From: Octopus bimaculoides
Taxonomy: Eukaryota
Assembly: GCF_001194135.2 (NCBI RefSeq)
Contig: NC_068982.1
Span: 11,493,043-11,557,042 of the forward strand
Reading direction: 5' to 3'
DNA: 64,000 nt
Both the position numbers and the translations under genes were made by a program. Below the pieces are notes generated by a model. The model was not told where the DNA came from and did not search any database. It saw only the letters and a program-made list of their open reading frames with translations. Positions 10,544-22,412 of the stretch are shown one piece after another (within the stretch, counting starts at the first letter, position 1; the number at the start of each line of letters is the position of its first letter).

Positions 10544-12744
10544 ATTAATTATCCCATTGGTGGAGCATCATAAGAAATTCCTTGCAGTGTTTCTTTCAGC
10601 TCCTTATATTCTGAGCTCAGGACCTTACCTAAGTCACCTTTATTTTATTGACCTTAAAAGGGTGAAAAGCAAAAATAATTTGGTTGCTGTCCTCTTCACT
10701 CAAATCAACTTAATTCTAGGGTTTCAATAGTTGTTGCTATACACAATAAGGGCCTATAATTTTGGTTACAGTTATCATGTCTGTATTGATGTTGCCTATT
10801 GTTTTTTTCTTATGATAGCTGAGAAAGGACCTGTATTGTTCAAAATACCAGACCTGTTATTTGAATTATTCTGATATTCATTTTTGTTTTATTTTTATAC
10901 CTTTAAATATGTTTCAAAAAGTATCTATTGCTCTGTAATGTATTAGTAAATTCATGTAACCCTCTCCTTAGTAGCAATTTTCATTGCATTTTCTCAGATA
11001 TTCATTTGGTATTAAGATAAACATTTTTTTAATGATAAACTCAGGTTTTTGTTGATTAAAATAAAAAATAGTTTTGTGCACAAAGAATTGTATTTAAGTA
11101 AAAAGAAATGTAATAAACAAAATCACATTTGAAAGAGTTATGTAGGTATTAAATATCAGGATCCGTTTGACAATAACTTTAAAAGATTTAGTGACTACTG
11201 GCAAAGAACTATACAATGTACATATAGTCATGAACAAAAAATATAAATTTTGCCATTTGACAGAAATAACTTTTGTCTAAGAAGATAAATCTTGTCTTTC
11301 TATGAATAATTCAAATAAAGGACCAATTCTGTATATCATGAATGGCTATAATATATCCTTTGTTTTGTAACGTTCAGGATATTGTATTTCTATGATGCAT
11401 TTTGTTATCGAAAGAAACATATTTTTGCAGGAGTAGAACAATAAAATGGTTATCAGCATTTACAAAAAAGTGGCACATGTACAATGGAATAAAAACAAGT
11501 TCCTGGTGATTCCAGGAAACAAACCAAGTTTTAATTCATGGCTTTTGCCAGTTTACTTCCTTCATGTTTCTAGTGCTCTTGAGTAAAAAGTATTAATACC
11601 ACGACATTGCTTCTTTGTCATGAATCTAAATTGTTGAGTCTCTATATAATGAATATTTCAAATACAAAACAGTTTTCTTTGTATCTAAGCTTTAGTATTA
11701 CATCCAACATTAAACTATGCTACTGAATTTGCTAATTGACTTACATATATATCCACTGATGGGTAGATAATTAATAAAATGATAGATGAAATAATTTTCT
11801 GTCAGACAAGAAAAAAAAAAAATTCAGCATATGTCTGCTTAGAGAAATTTAGGGAATTGATTATGGATAACCCAATATTGTAAGCAGAAGCTTTCTAGAT
11901 TTTGCTGAGGAACTTTCAGTGCATAGAAAAATGTATGATAATCACATATTTGACAATGTTTCTCAGACTTTGTCTCCCACCCATCTCCCCTTCACCAGTA
12001 GAAAAATGTCTACCCCATCCATTTGGTTCATTTTGTTTTGATTGTAACAAATGATTAGGCTCGCCCACACTTCAATTAATTTCCACCTACTTAACAATAT
12101 CTTCATCATCCTATCATTTCCAGTTCAAGAGCTACTGCTGTATACAATCATTGGATTACACCTTTTACATAAGAGAGAATTTTTTTCTCCTCAGTAACTG
12201 CAGTGAATTAGCTTTTAGAAGTAGAAATATGTCACAAACATATTTTAACTCACCTAAAGTTCACTTATGCCTAAATACTGCTTGGTGCTCATATTGTTGA
12301 ATATAATTGTTATTTTATTTCAAATATTTACCCATAATTGTGAATGAATTACCTACTAAGATTTTTCAACAAAATAATATTAGACATAAAAACCGATTTG
12401 AGGCAGAAAAGAGAAACAGGCCTAAATGGTAGGATTCAGACTATGGCAGTTTCAGACCTGCCTCTCTTTTCTGTTTTAAATTGGATCTTATAAAGTTTGA
12501 TATTATTTTCCATAATGTATTCCTGAAAAGAGCTTGACTAATTTCTTGACTAATTTCTTCAGTTTTTATTCCTGTCAAGGCCGACAGGAAGCGATCCAGC
12601 TTCCTAGGGCTAAATAGCAGCAGTATGATTCCCTTATTGGGACTGTCACATTAAGTTGACAGTATACAACTGCTTTATCGTAACACTGCTGCTTAATTCT
12701 CTCTGTGAGATTTATAATTAGATAATTTCTAATTATTAATTATT

Positions 12745-13085
12745 ATTTTTCTTTTATCTTTTACTTATTTCAGTAATTAGATTGTGGTCAAGCTGGGGCA
12801 CCATCTTGAAAGAATTTTTTTAGTTGAGTGAATTGATCCTAGTACTTAATTTTTTGTTTTTTAAAGCCTTGCACTTATTCTGTTTGTCCCTTTTGCTGAA
12901 CCACTAAGTTACATAGACAGAGACACACCAACACCAATCGACAAGCTGCACACGCATGCACACAGATGATTGATTTCTTTCAGTTTCCATCAACCAAATC
13001 CACTCACAAGGTTTTGGTTAGTTCAAGGCCATAGTAGAAGACACTTGCCGAAGGTGCCATGCAGTGGAACCATGTGGTTGGGAAC
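12745..13085 (-). mobile_element. Family-B SINE (degenerate)
   Basis: Contains the ccaaatccactcacaagg...gaagacacttgcc..aaggtgccatgcagtgg core. Confidence 0.8.
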
Positions 13086-13160
13086 CTGGAAGCAAACCAC
13101 AGGTAAATAGGAGAAATGGTAGCATGTCTAGCAGTATTCAGAATCCATCAGGATCAGCTA

Positions 13161-13615
13161 CAGGTCGTCGTCGACTTATGACCAATTGACTTTACGACGA
13201 TTGGCGTGCCAGCTCCCGGCAGCAATAATAGATAGACTAGTTGAAATCTAATGGGTTTAATTTCTTAGAAATTAACCTATCTACAGATGATGTTAGCTAA
13301 CAAATGCTTCCCCTAGGTTTGGTTATCGATCACCACTATGGTTCTCCCAAGTTTTGGATGAATATCCTGTCATGGAGACATCAATGCAACCTTGTATTTG
13401 TTTGTAAGATGACTGCTTGAGACAAAGAAATGTTTGATTAATGCCAGTATAATAGTATAATACAGAATGCTGTGTGTGATTTTTACCTGAGAATGTAACT
13501 TAAGAATGTAAGAATGTAAAACAAAGCTATGTAGACCTATAGGCCAACTTAGGACCAAATTGACTTATGACCAGTCAGTTGGAACCAATTGTGGCCGTAA
13601 GTTGACGACGACCTG
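13161..13615. mobile_element. Tigger/pogo-like (Tc1/mariner superfamily) MITE, 455 bp
   Basis: TA|CAGGTCGTCGTCGACTTATGACCA ... TGGCCGTAAGTTGACGACGACCTG|TA gives ~24-bp TIRs with a TA duplication. A subterminal GACTTATGACCA repeat lies at ~13562. Confidence 0.85.
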
Positions 13616-13990
13616 TATTACTTTTATCATTCCATGATCAATAACATAAATAGCATTAGCATACTAGAGTTGATTTATATCCCCTACCCTCCCCACTTCT
13701 CCCTTCTCCAAATTTCCGGCTTAGCACTAATGTGAGAATCATTATTGTTGCCATTATTAAAGTGAAATTTATGGAAAGATGTTATTAATTTCATAGCCTT
13801 CCTTGGTTTAGAGTAGGGTGGAAAAACAAAGTATAAGTTTCTAAATTGTCATAGTATTCATATTGATTTATTCTGGTCACTGAATATTCAGAGTGAAATA
13901 TAATATCTGTTCTGAAACACTTTTAAAATATTAATTTTTCATGATTTGAATGTCAATTGGTATATTTTTGAAGCATTGAAATTTTGAAAG

Positions 13991-14218
13991 TGGGCAAAGT
14001 TTAGAGAGCTCTTACCCCTGCTGGCGACAAAGGGACTCTCACTCAGAGTAAAAGGCAGACTGTATGACGCATGCGTACGAACAACCATGCTACATGGCAG
14101 TGAAACATGGGCTGTAACTGCTGAGGACATACGTAAGCTCGCAAGGAATGAAGCCAGTATGCTCCGTTGGATGTGTAATGTCAATGTGAATACCCGTCAG
14201 AGTGTAAGTATCTTGAGA
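13991..14218 (+). mobile_element. RTE-clade LINE ORF fragment (RT C-terminal region), cut by an assembly gap
   Basis: Uninterrupted frame WAKFRELLPLLATKGLSLRVKGRLYDACVRTTMLHGSETWAVTAEDIRKLARNEASMLRWMCNV, the typical RTE LYxACVRxxMLYGSETW region. Confidence 0.9.
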
Positions 14219-15018
14219 NNNNNNNNNNNNNNNNNNNNNNNNNNNNNNNNNNNNNNNNNNNNNNNNNNNNNNNNNNNNNNNNNNNNNNNNNNNNNNNNNN
14301 NNNNNNNNNNNNNNNNNNNNNNNNNNNNNNNNNNNNNNNNNNNNNNNNNNNNNNNNNNNNNNNNNNNNNNNNNNNNNNNNNNNNNNNNNNNNNNNNNNNN
14401 NNNNNNNNNNNNNNNNNNNNNNNNNNNNNNNNNNNNNNNNNNNNNNNNNNNNNNNNNNNNNNNNNNNNNNNNNNNNNNNNNNNNNNNNNNNNNNNNNNNN
14501 NNNNNNNNNNNNNNNNNNNNNNNNNNNNNNNNNNNNNNNNNNNNNNNNNNNNNNNNNNNNNNNNNNNNNNNNNNNNNNNNNNNNNNNNNNNNNNNNNNNN
14601 NNNNNNNNNNNNNNNNNNNNNNNNNNNNNNNNNNNNNNNNNNNNNNNNNNNNNNNNNNNNNNNNNNNNNNNNNNNNNNNNNNNNNNNNNNNNNNNNNNNN
14701 NNNNNNNNNNNNNNNNNNNNNNNNNNNNNNNNNNNNNNNNNNNNNNNNNNNNNNNNNNNNNNNNNNNNNNNNNNNNNNNNNNNNNNNNNNNNNNNNNNNN
14801 NNNNNNNNNNNNNNNNNNNNNNNNNNNNNNNNNNNNNNNNNNNNNNNNNNNNNNNNNNNNNNNNNNNNNNNNNNNNNNNNNNNNNNNNNNNNNNNNNNNN
14901 NNNNNNNNNNNNNNNNNNNNNNNNNNNNNNNNNNNNNNNNNNNNNNNNNNNNNNNNNNNNNNNNNNNNNNNNNNNNNNNNNNNNNNNNNNNNNNNNNNNN
15001 NNNNNNNNNNNNNNNNNN
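14219..15018. other. Assembly gap (800 N)
   Basis: Run of N. Confidence 1.
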
Positions 15019-15244
15019 TTATGGGTTTTTCCACGTGTAACCTTTCCTTTTTCGAAGCGCCTCCCCCTTTGGGAGTTCTACTTATTTATTTATCTATTTA
15101 TTTATTATATCTTTCTCCGTTTTCTTCCTCTGTTTAGACGAACTTTCCTACCTTTTCGGACAAAACCTTTTGTAACCTTCGTCCTGTCTTTGTCCTTATA
15201 TGTTTTTAATTGATATTAGCCCTTGTGGCCAATAAAACGAATTA

Positions 15245-15245
<1 letters not shown>
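15019..15245 (+). mobile_element. 3' end of an unidentified non-LTR retroelement
   Basis: Pyrimidine-rich 3' UTR ending ttagcccttgtggccAATAAAacga, followed by an (ATT)n tail. Confidence 0.55.
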
Positions 15246-15276
<31 letters not shown>

Positions 15277-15521
15277 TACTACTACTACTACTACCATCAT
15301 TATCATCTTCTTTCAACTCTGTTGCCATTTCTTGCTTAGTGTCTTCCTGAAACCTAGGGCAAAGAAACTCATTGGTAGGCCATTAAAATAAACCCACCAG
15401 TTTGTTCATTTACAAAGTCATGTGATAGAGAAAAAAGGGAAGAAAAACAGAAAAAGGAAAAATGAAAAAAATGTAAACAAATAAAATAAAGGGGAGGAAA
15501 ATGGTTAAGACAATATTATTA

Positions 15522-15772
15522 TTATTATCATAGACGTCACACAGTATCCAATATCGTGATGTTGTTGATTGAAGATATTGTGTCTACTGGGGGTTTGTAC
15601 TGTTTGTCAAGTCACAGCACGGATCTCAGACAGACAGTACTTTATGCAAAATGCATGCAGTTCCAAGTAGTGCTAGTTTTTGTAATACACTTAGATTGTA
15701 GGGGATTTCTAAGGTTTTCAGATGTTTTTTCTGATTGGGTGGTATTGAACCCAATGCTCCGATGGCTATTAT
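15522..15772 (-). mobile_element. R4/Dong-clade non-LTR retrotransposon 3' fragment
   Basis: The minus strand reads IAIGALGSIPPNQKKHLKTLEIPYNLSVLQKLALLGTACILHKVLSV*, matching the R4 C-terminal IGALG...LQKxALLGTAxILRKVL motif. Flanked by (AAT)n. Confidence 0.85.
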
Positions 15773-15782
15773 TATTATTATT

Positions 15783-16012
15783 GAAGTGGTGAGCTAGCAG
15801 AATTGTTAGCATTTTGAACAAAATGCTTAGCAGCGATTCTGTCTCTTTACATTCTGAATACAAAATCCTGTTGAAATCAACTTTACTTTTCATCCTTTCA
15901 AGTGTTGATGTAATAAAAATACCACTCAAATTACAAGGGTCAATGTAATCAACTTACCCAGCTTCCTCTAAAATTATTGACCATGTGAAAAAATTTGAAG
16001 CAATTTTTACAA
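15783..16012 (+). mobile_element. Family-A SINE
   Basis: Head gaagtggtgagctagcagaattgttagc and the family-A body. Confidence 0.8.
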
Positions 16013-16504
16013 TAATATATTTTTTTAGTAATCTTTCAATTATTTGAAGTAGGTATGTGTGATTTAGCTAAAATAGATACATCTGAAGTGTTGAATATTT
16101 GTACTGATTTGCTTCTTTTACAATAAACTTTGTTAAGCATACCCCAAATGATATGCTGGCAGTACAATGATATGCTGACAGCATAGGAGACAATTTCCTG
16201 TTTGTTATTTTGTGGTATCCAGTTCTTATGACTCATGGTTTTGAATTGAATCCCGTTAGGTTTGACTTTGTTTTTCATCCTTCAGAGATCAATGAATTAA
16301 AAGCCAGCAACAAACTAAACTAAAAATGGTAAAAGAAAATTTATTTTTCTGACATAATGATGTAAAAGAATTGTTTGAAAAATGCTTTTTTTTTTGTTTT
16401 TTTATTAACTTTTAAAAATACATTTGTTTTACTTGATATTTAAATGGTCTGAAATTATTTAATGTTATTAACACTACAATTCTATTTCTTTTATAACACG
16501 TAAC

Positions 16505-16548
<44 letters not shown>

Positions 16549-19443
16549 GCTGAAGCAAAATGTTGTTTGTGTTATTATGTTATGAAAATGGCTTAAAGTC
16601 AGATATTTCTGATTCACTCACTAAATTAAGAATTCTAAAATTAAATAGAGAACTCCAGCAAGGAGAAAGGAGGGGCTGCTAAACACTGATAGCATATTGT
16701 TAACAGTTTGTAGACTTCCTGGCTTTTATATAGGAATGCTCTTAATAAGTGCCACTCATACATGCAGGAATACTTTCTCCCCCTCCTACTTTCTGCAAGT
16801 CATCTCTTTCACTCTCCCTGTCTCTTTCCCACTTACACCTCCCTCTTACTACTCACATCTGTCTCCTCCTCTTTCTCTTTCTCTCAACTGTACTAAGCTG
16901 GAAACCAACAAAAAAAAAATAGTTAATTGGTGTTTAGTGATCAGTGTTGTTGACTAAATATTTTTTTTTATTAGGACAATTAAAACAGCTGTGGAGACTC
17001 AAAGGTCATGTTTGTCATTATTTTCTGAAGTTTTGTTAATCTATTTCCCTGAAAGAAGAAATATAGAAGAGCATTTATTTATTTATTTTTTTTATTATTC
17101 AAAATATCTTTCTAGCTAACCATTAATCATTGAATATCAGTTTACCACTACTATCAGCTATGGGGAGCATATTTTCCATTTTTATTTTAATCAAACATTT
17201 ATGTTTTTCAGGTGAAGCATTGAATGTGTTATTTTTAATCCCCCCTAAGTAGTCATACAATATCTTAGATTTATGAGAGGGTAAAAACAAAACAAAAAAA
17301 AAACAAAGAAAAATTAATAAAAAGAAATACAAGGACAAAAATAAATAAATGAAAAGGAAATTGCATTTCAGCAGCCTGACTTAAATTAATCATTCTGTAG
17401 AAGTGTTTAGTTTGACCCAAATTACTGAGTATATATACCCAATATAATTCAGTTTTCACATTCCTTACAGTTTCAACATATTTTTTTTACTGTCTATATT
17501 AATGCTTTTCAAAGCCAGTTTAAAAGGTAATTTTTTTGGCTATAACAGTATTCAGCTTTTATTCTGTATATCTAGAAAAAGAAAAGAAAAAACATGTTAA
17601 CATTTATGTAGTAATTCTAATTTAGGGAACTAAAGTTATATCTATTCTGATTTGATCTCAAAGAAACTGAGTGACAAAAGAATTGGATCATTAGAATTTT
17701 ATGTTGTTGCAAGCCACTAATTTTCTTCTACCTGTTATGCAGAATGATTGATAATTTGAACTGGTTATTAGCTAGTCTCATAAATAGCATCATAGCTGCA
17801 ATCAAATGAGCTCATTAGGAATTTCATGTTAATTAGAATTTAATCCCTATTTTTTATGCTAAGAAAATGACTTTTCCAAAATTTCTTTTTATTCAAAAAA
17901 TAACACAATATCAATATAGATATCTACTTGCTTTGTAACGGCAAAATTATTTTTTGAAAAAGAAATAAATTTACACAAGTTTAAAAAATATAGTAAAAAA
18001 TTATAGGCAACCTGCTAAATATATATAAATATAAAATTATTTGGGATAAGTCCAGGAGTCTTACATAAATGTTTGTTTTGTTAAGTCAAAGAACATTGTT
18101 ACATACTGATATTGTTGCTAACTTATTAAAATCAAATTCATTTAAAAATAAGATATTTTTTACAAAATATTCCTTGTTAAGGTTAATAATTTTACTTGTA
18201 GCTTTAATAAAAATAGTATATTTTGCACCTACAAAAATTATGCTGGTGAGAGGATTAGAACTTCTGACCCTTCAATTGACAGCCTATTAACCAATTAGCA
18301 CAATCATCCACATTTTCACATGCTTTAGAATAAACCCTTCTTTCTTTCTTTTGATGTAAAATGAGTCCTCTACAGAGTTGTTATATTCATAAAGTGAAGG
18401 GAATTATGTGTACTGCCATCACCTCTGAAAATAAAATAAACACACAAATTGAAAAGTATCTATTAGAAAAAAAATTAGTCATTCTCCATGTAAGGTGGTG
18501 GTGTTAGCAGCTCAAAGTAGAAATCTGTTTTGTAGTATCAAGTTACATTTACTTAAATTACAATGACGTTCATATTTTTTTTTATTTCCTTATTCTCTTG
18601 GGTTCAATAAAGTTTAAGAAAGATGCTAGTTTAAATTGATTATATATTCTTCTGTTATAAAATTGACCTTTAACCTAGTCAAAAGAAATTAATACATCCA
18701 CTTTTTTCATTTATTAGGTATAGGCATGCTTGTGTACTTAAGACATTCGCTTTTCAAATTTTGTGGTTACAAGTTCAATCCCACTGTATGGTACCTTGAG
18801 CAAGTGTTTAGCTCTGGTGAGAGGAAGCTGGTTGGTGAAAAGCTGGAAGAAGCCCCCAAAGCCACAAACATTTTGCACTTTTTCACTGACCCCACTCTTA
18901 GGGGTTTCCATTTTGTGTGACAATTTCTCTCTTTCTCTCTATTTTTCTTATAGAAATAAACTTTTATTGGAATATATAACCAGCATGTATATGATATATA
19001 ATACAAAACCACATTAAAAATACAAATTCAAAACCAGGAGAGAAAAAAAAGGGTAAGGGGCAAAGAAAGAAAACTGTCTTTTCTTCTTCCTTACCTCTTA
19101 ATCATCTCTACCCTTTTTTTCTTTATTTCTTATCTTTCTCTCTATTATTTGGTCTCCTATCTGCCCTCGCTTTTGTTCTTTTTGCTTATCTTTCTGTTTC
19201 TTACTTCATTTATCATGTCACCTAATAACTGTCTACCTTTCCTTTTTCTCTTTTCACACAACTTTCATAAGATCTGTTTATCTAGCTTTCTAACTACTCC
19301 CTTTTTTTGTTCTTTTGTCTATTGCCATTCTTTCTTCTCTCTGTATGGCCCTTCCTTCTCTTTCACTCTTTGTCTATTAACCTTTCTCTTCCTACCCAAA
19401 AGGGTATCTATCCTGTGATCATCCTGTGATCATCCTTTTAGGC

Positions 19444-19657
19444 TTACTCTTTTACTCTTTTACTTGTTTCAGTCATTTGACTGTGGCCATGCTGGAGCAC
19501 CGCCTTTTAGTCGAGCAAGTCGACCCCAGGACTTATTCTTTGGAAGCCTAGTACTTATTCTATCGGTCTCTTTTTGCCGAACCGCTAAGTTACAGGGACG
19601 TAAACACACCAGCATCGGTTGTCAAGCGATGGTGGGGGGACAAATACAGACACACAA

Positions 19658-19688
<31 letters not shown>

Positions 19689-19852
19689 CGATGGGCTTCT
19701 TCCAGTTTCCGTCTACCAAATCCACTCACAAGGCTTTGGTCGGCCTGAGGCTATAGTAGAAGACACTTGCCCAAGGTGCCACGCAGTGGGACTGAACCCG
19801 GAACCATGTGGTTGGTAAGCAAGCTACTTACCACACAGCCACTCCTGCGCCT
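19444..19852 (-). mobile_element. Family-B tRNA-derived SINE, full length and young (CpGs largely intact)
   Basis: Head caggagtggctgtgtggtaagtagcttgcttaccaaccacatggttccgggttcagtccc, an internal (GT)n, and a tandem (AAAAGAGT)n tail. Confidence 0.92.
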
Positions 19853-19937
19853 GGTAATTTTTTTTCTAGTTCATGTCTAAGACTTCAATTTAGTTTTAGC
19901 TCATGGTTTTCCTGCAATTTATCTTTTGTACATATAT

Positions 19938-20109
19938 CATTGGTTCTCAACCAGAGTTTAGTGGTCCATTTAAGATTTTGTAGTTAACATTTTTTATACA
20001 ATTTCTAACAATATTTAATTATAAAAGTATGATACAATTTTTTAAATATGAAATGGCTATGAAGGTCCACTGGAATCAAAGGGGTGCATAGGTAAAAAAT
20101 GGTTGATAT
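19938..20109. mobile_element. hAT MITE
   Basis: Left TIR CATTGGTTCTCAACC, degenerate right end GGTTGA, and an 8-bp TSD ACATATAT at 19930-19937 and 20110-20117. Confidence 0.7.
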
Positions 20110-20132
20110 ACATATATTAACATAAATATATA

Positions 20133-20340
20133 CAAGGGGGTGCTGAAAAGTTCCTGGCTTTGGTTAATAGAAAACACAGGAAGATCACTTAATCATGGTG
20201 TTATCCAACATATTCCTTCACCCACTTTTTGCAGCAGTCTTTCTGTTTTTCTAAGCCCTATAAAAGAACTTGGAAGGTTAGTCTTCTACCCAGGCCTTTC
20301 GCGATACCTTTAAAGCCAGGAACTTTTCAGCACCCACTCA
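20133..20340 (-). mobile_element. Mariner-derived MITE (same family as 2794-3009, opposite orientation)
   Basis: TA|CAAGGGGGTGCTGAAAAGTTCCTGGCTT ... AAAGCCAGGAACTTTTCAGCACCCACTCA|TA. Confidence 0.88.
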
Positions 20341-21663
20341 TATATTTCAAGTTTGTAAAGACCTCATTCTTTTCTATTAATACTACTTTCTCATGTCTTA
20401 CTTCTATCATATAGCCAAAAGGCCGATGTATACAAATACTCATTTGTTATATTTTTTTCACTACTGTCCTTGCTTTTTTGTTTTTTATATTTTCTTGTTC
20501 ATTCCATAACTTATCCTTTTTTACCTTTCGGTCCAGAGACCCTGTTTTTTTGTACTTGTCATATTCTATCATTCGTGTTTGCTCATTTATGTCTCATCAA
20601 CCTTTTGCTGTTGACACTGTCAAATTGAACAAATATTATTGGGAAAACATTGAAAGTGTGATGATTTTTGGTTGATAATTGATGAGGGGTGAGCATGTTC
20701 TCATCTTTTGCGTCTTTTTTTTGCCTGTTTTCTGTATGTTCCCCTCGTCGTTCTCCTGTGCTGTTTATGTGTGTGTGTGTGTGTGTGTATGTGTGTGTAT
20801 ATCTGTGATTGCTACAATCTACAATGAACTACAACTACTACAAATGAGTCACTATAAACTGTGACATTGATGTTTGTGGGTGGGATATAATCAGTAATAG
20901 TTCTTGTCATTTCTTATCAAGAAATGATCCACCAATTCTGTGCACTCAGATTCTTTTGGAAGTAAAGAATCCCTTGTGAAACAGGTAAGGGTTGGTGACA
21001 GGAAGGGCATCCAGCTGTATAAATCTTGTCTTATTACCCATGCTAGCATGTAAGAACTGATATTGAATAAATGAACAACTTTTAACTTGCAAACTAAAAA
21101 ATAAATTATTGACTTGGAAATAATTGATATTATCATTTGTTTTATATATTGTTTTTAATGCCTGTTTTTTTTTTTCCATTCAAGTATAGATAGAGGGATG
21201 TATCATTATTTAACAACCTGATCCTCTTCTTGTTGCTAACTCTTACCTCTTTTTTCAAGTAAAAGATCTCAAAGGCACAAAGCCAGCAGACAATATGTTG
21301 ATAGGAAAAAATGACAACAGCATCATTATTTGTAACTCAGGATATCCAGAAGATATGTAAACATGCATGCACATGACAGGCTTTTTTCAGATTCTATGTA
21401 CCAAGTCCACTCACAAGGCTTTGGTTGGCCTGAGGCTATAGAGTACCATGTTTGCACCTAGTATATTTTTGATATTTTTTGATTGACTCGAGTCATTTAA
21501 AAATTTTCTTTTTCTTTTTTTTTATACCTTCCATGAGATAAACAAGGTGGGTTGAAGTTCCGTTTCATTTACTTCTAGTCATTGTATGTTCTAGGAATAC
21601 TTTACTCAACAAAATCATTAACATATTTAGAAGTAATGTTTTTTTTTTCTAGTTACTGAGTGC

Positions 21664-21884
21664 TTTTACTCTTACTCTTTTACTTGTTTCAGTCATTTGA
21701 CTGTGGCCATGTTGGAGCACTGCCTTTAGTCGAGCAAATTGACCCCAGGACTTATTCTTTTGTAAGCCTAGTACTTATTCTATCAGTCTCTTTTGCTGAA
21801 CCGCTAAGTTACGGGGATGTAAACACACCAGCATCGGTTGTCAAGCAATGTTGGGGGGACAAACACACACACAAACACATACGC

Positions 21885-21917
<33 letters not shown>

Positions 21918-22078
21918 CAATGGGCTTCTTTCAGTTTCCGTCTACCAAATCCACTCACAAGGCTTTGGTCGGCCCGAGGCTATAGTACAAGACACTTGCC
22001 CAAGGTGCCACGCATTGGGACTGAACCTAGAACCATGTTGCTGGTAAGCAAGCTACTTACCACACAGCCACTCCTACG
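21664..22078 (-). mobile_element. Family-B SINE, full length
   Basis: Collinear with 19444-19852. Confidence 0.9.
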
Positions 22079-22113
22079 TTTTTGTTTTAATAATATTAAA
22101 AAACTAAGCAATA

Positions 22114-22412
22114 CTGGCACTCCATCTGTTACGATGAAGAAGGTTCCAGTAGATCCAATTAATGGAACAGCCTGCTCATGAAATTAACATGCAAGTGGTT
22201 GAGTACTCCACAGACATACATACCCTTAACATAGTTCTCAAGGAGGTTCTGTGTGACATAGAATGTGACAAGGCTGGCCCCTCTGAAACGTAGGAACAAC
22301 TCATTTTTACCAGCTGAGTGAACTGGAACAATATGAAATGAAGAGTCTTGCTCAAGGCTACAATACATTACCAGGAATTGAACTCACAACCTTATGATCT
22401 TGAGCCGAATAC
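22114..22412 (-). mobile_element. Family-D SINE
   Basis: Its 3' body is the reverse complement of ~6720-6893. A degenerate tRNA-like head lies at ~22375-22412. Confidence 0.8.

Noticed and set aside
9884-10557. CRISPR-like repeat-spacer array
   Set aside because: The spacers are ~200-bp homologous SINE copies, the DNA is eukaryotic and there are no cas genes. It is reported instead as serial TSDs.
11742-11795. 54-nt minus-strand exon candidate with good acceptor and donor
   Set aside because: Its composition is indistinguishable from AT-rich intron, the peptide is low complexity, and the acceptor is just a poly-T run.
14087-15040. 317-aa and 314-aa ORFs
   Set aside because: They are open only because they run through 800 N. 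The real part is the RTE fragment.
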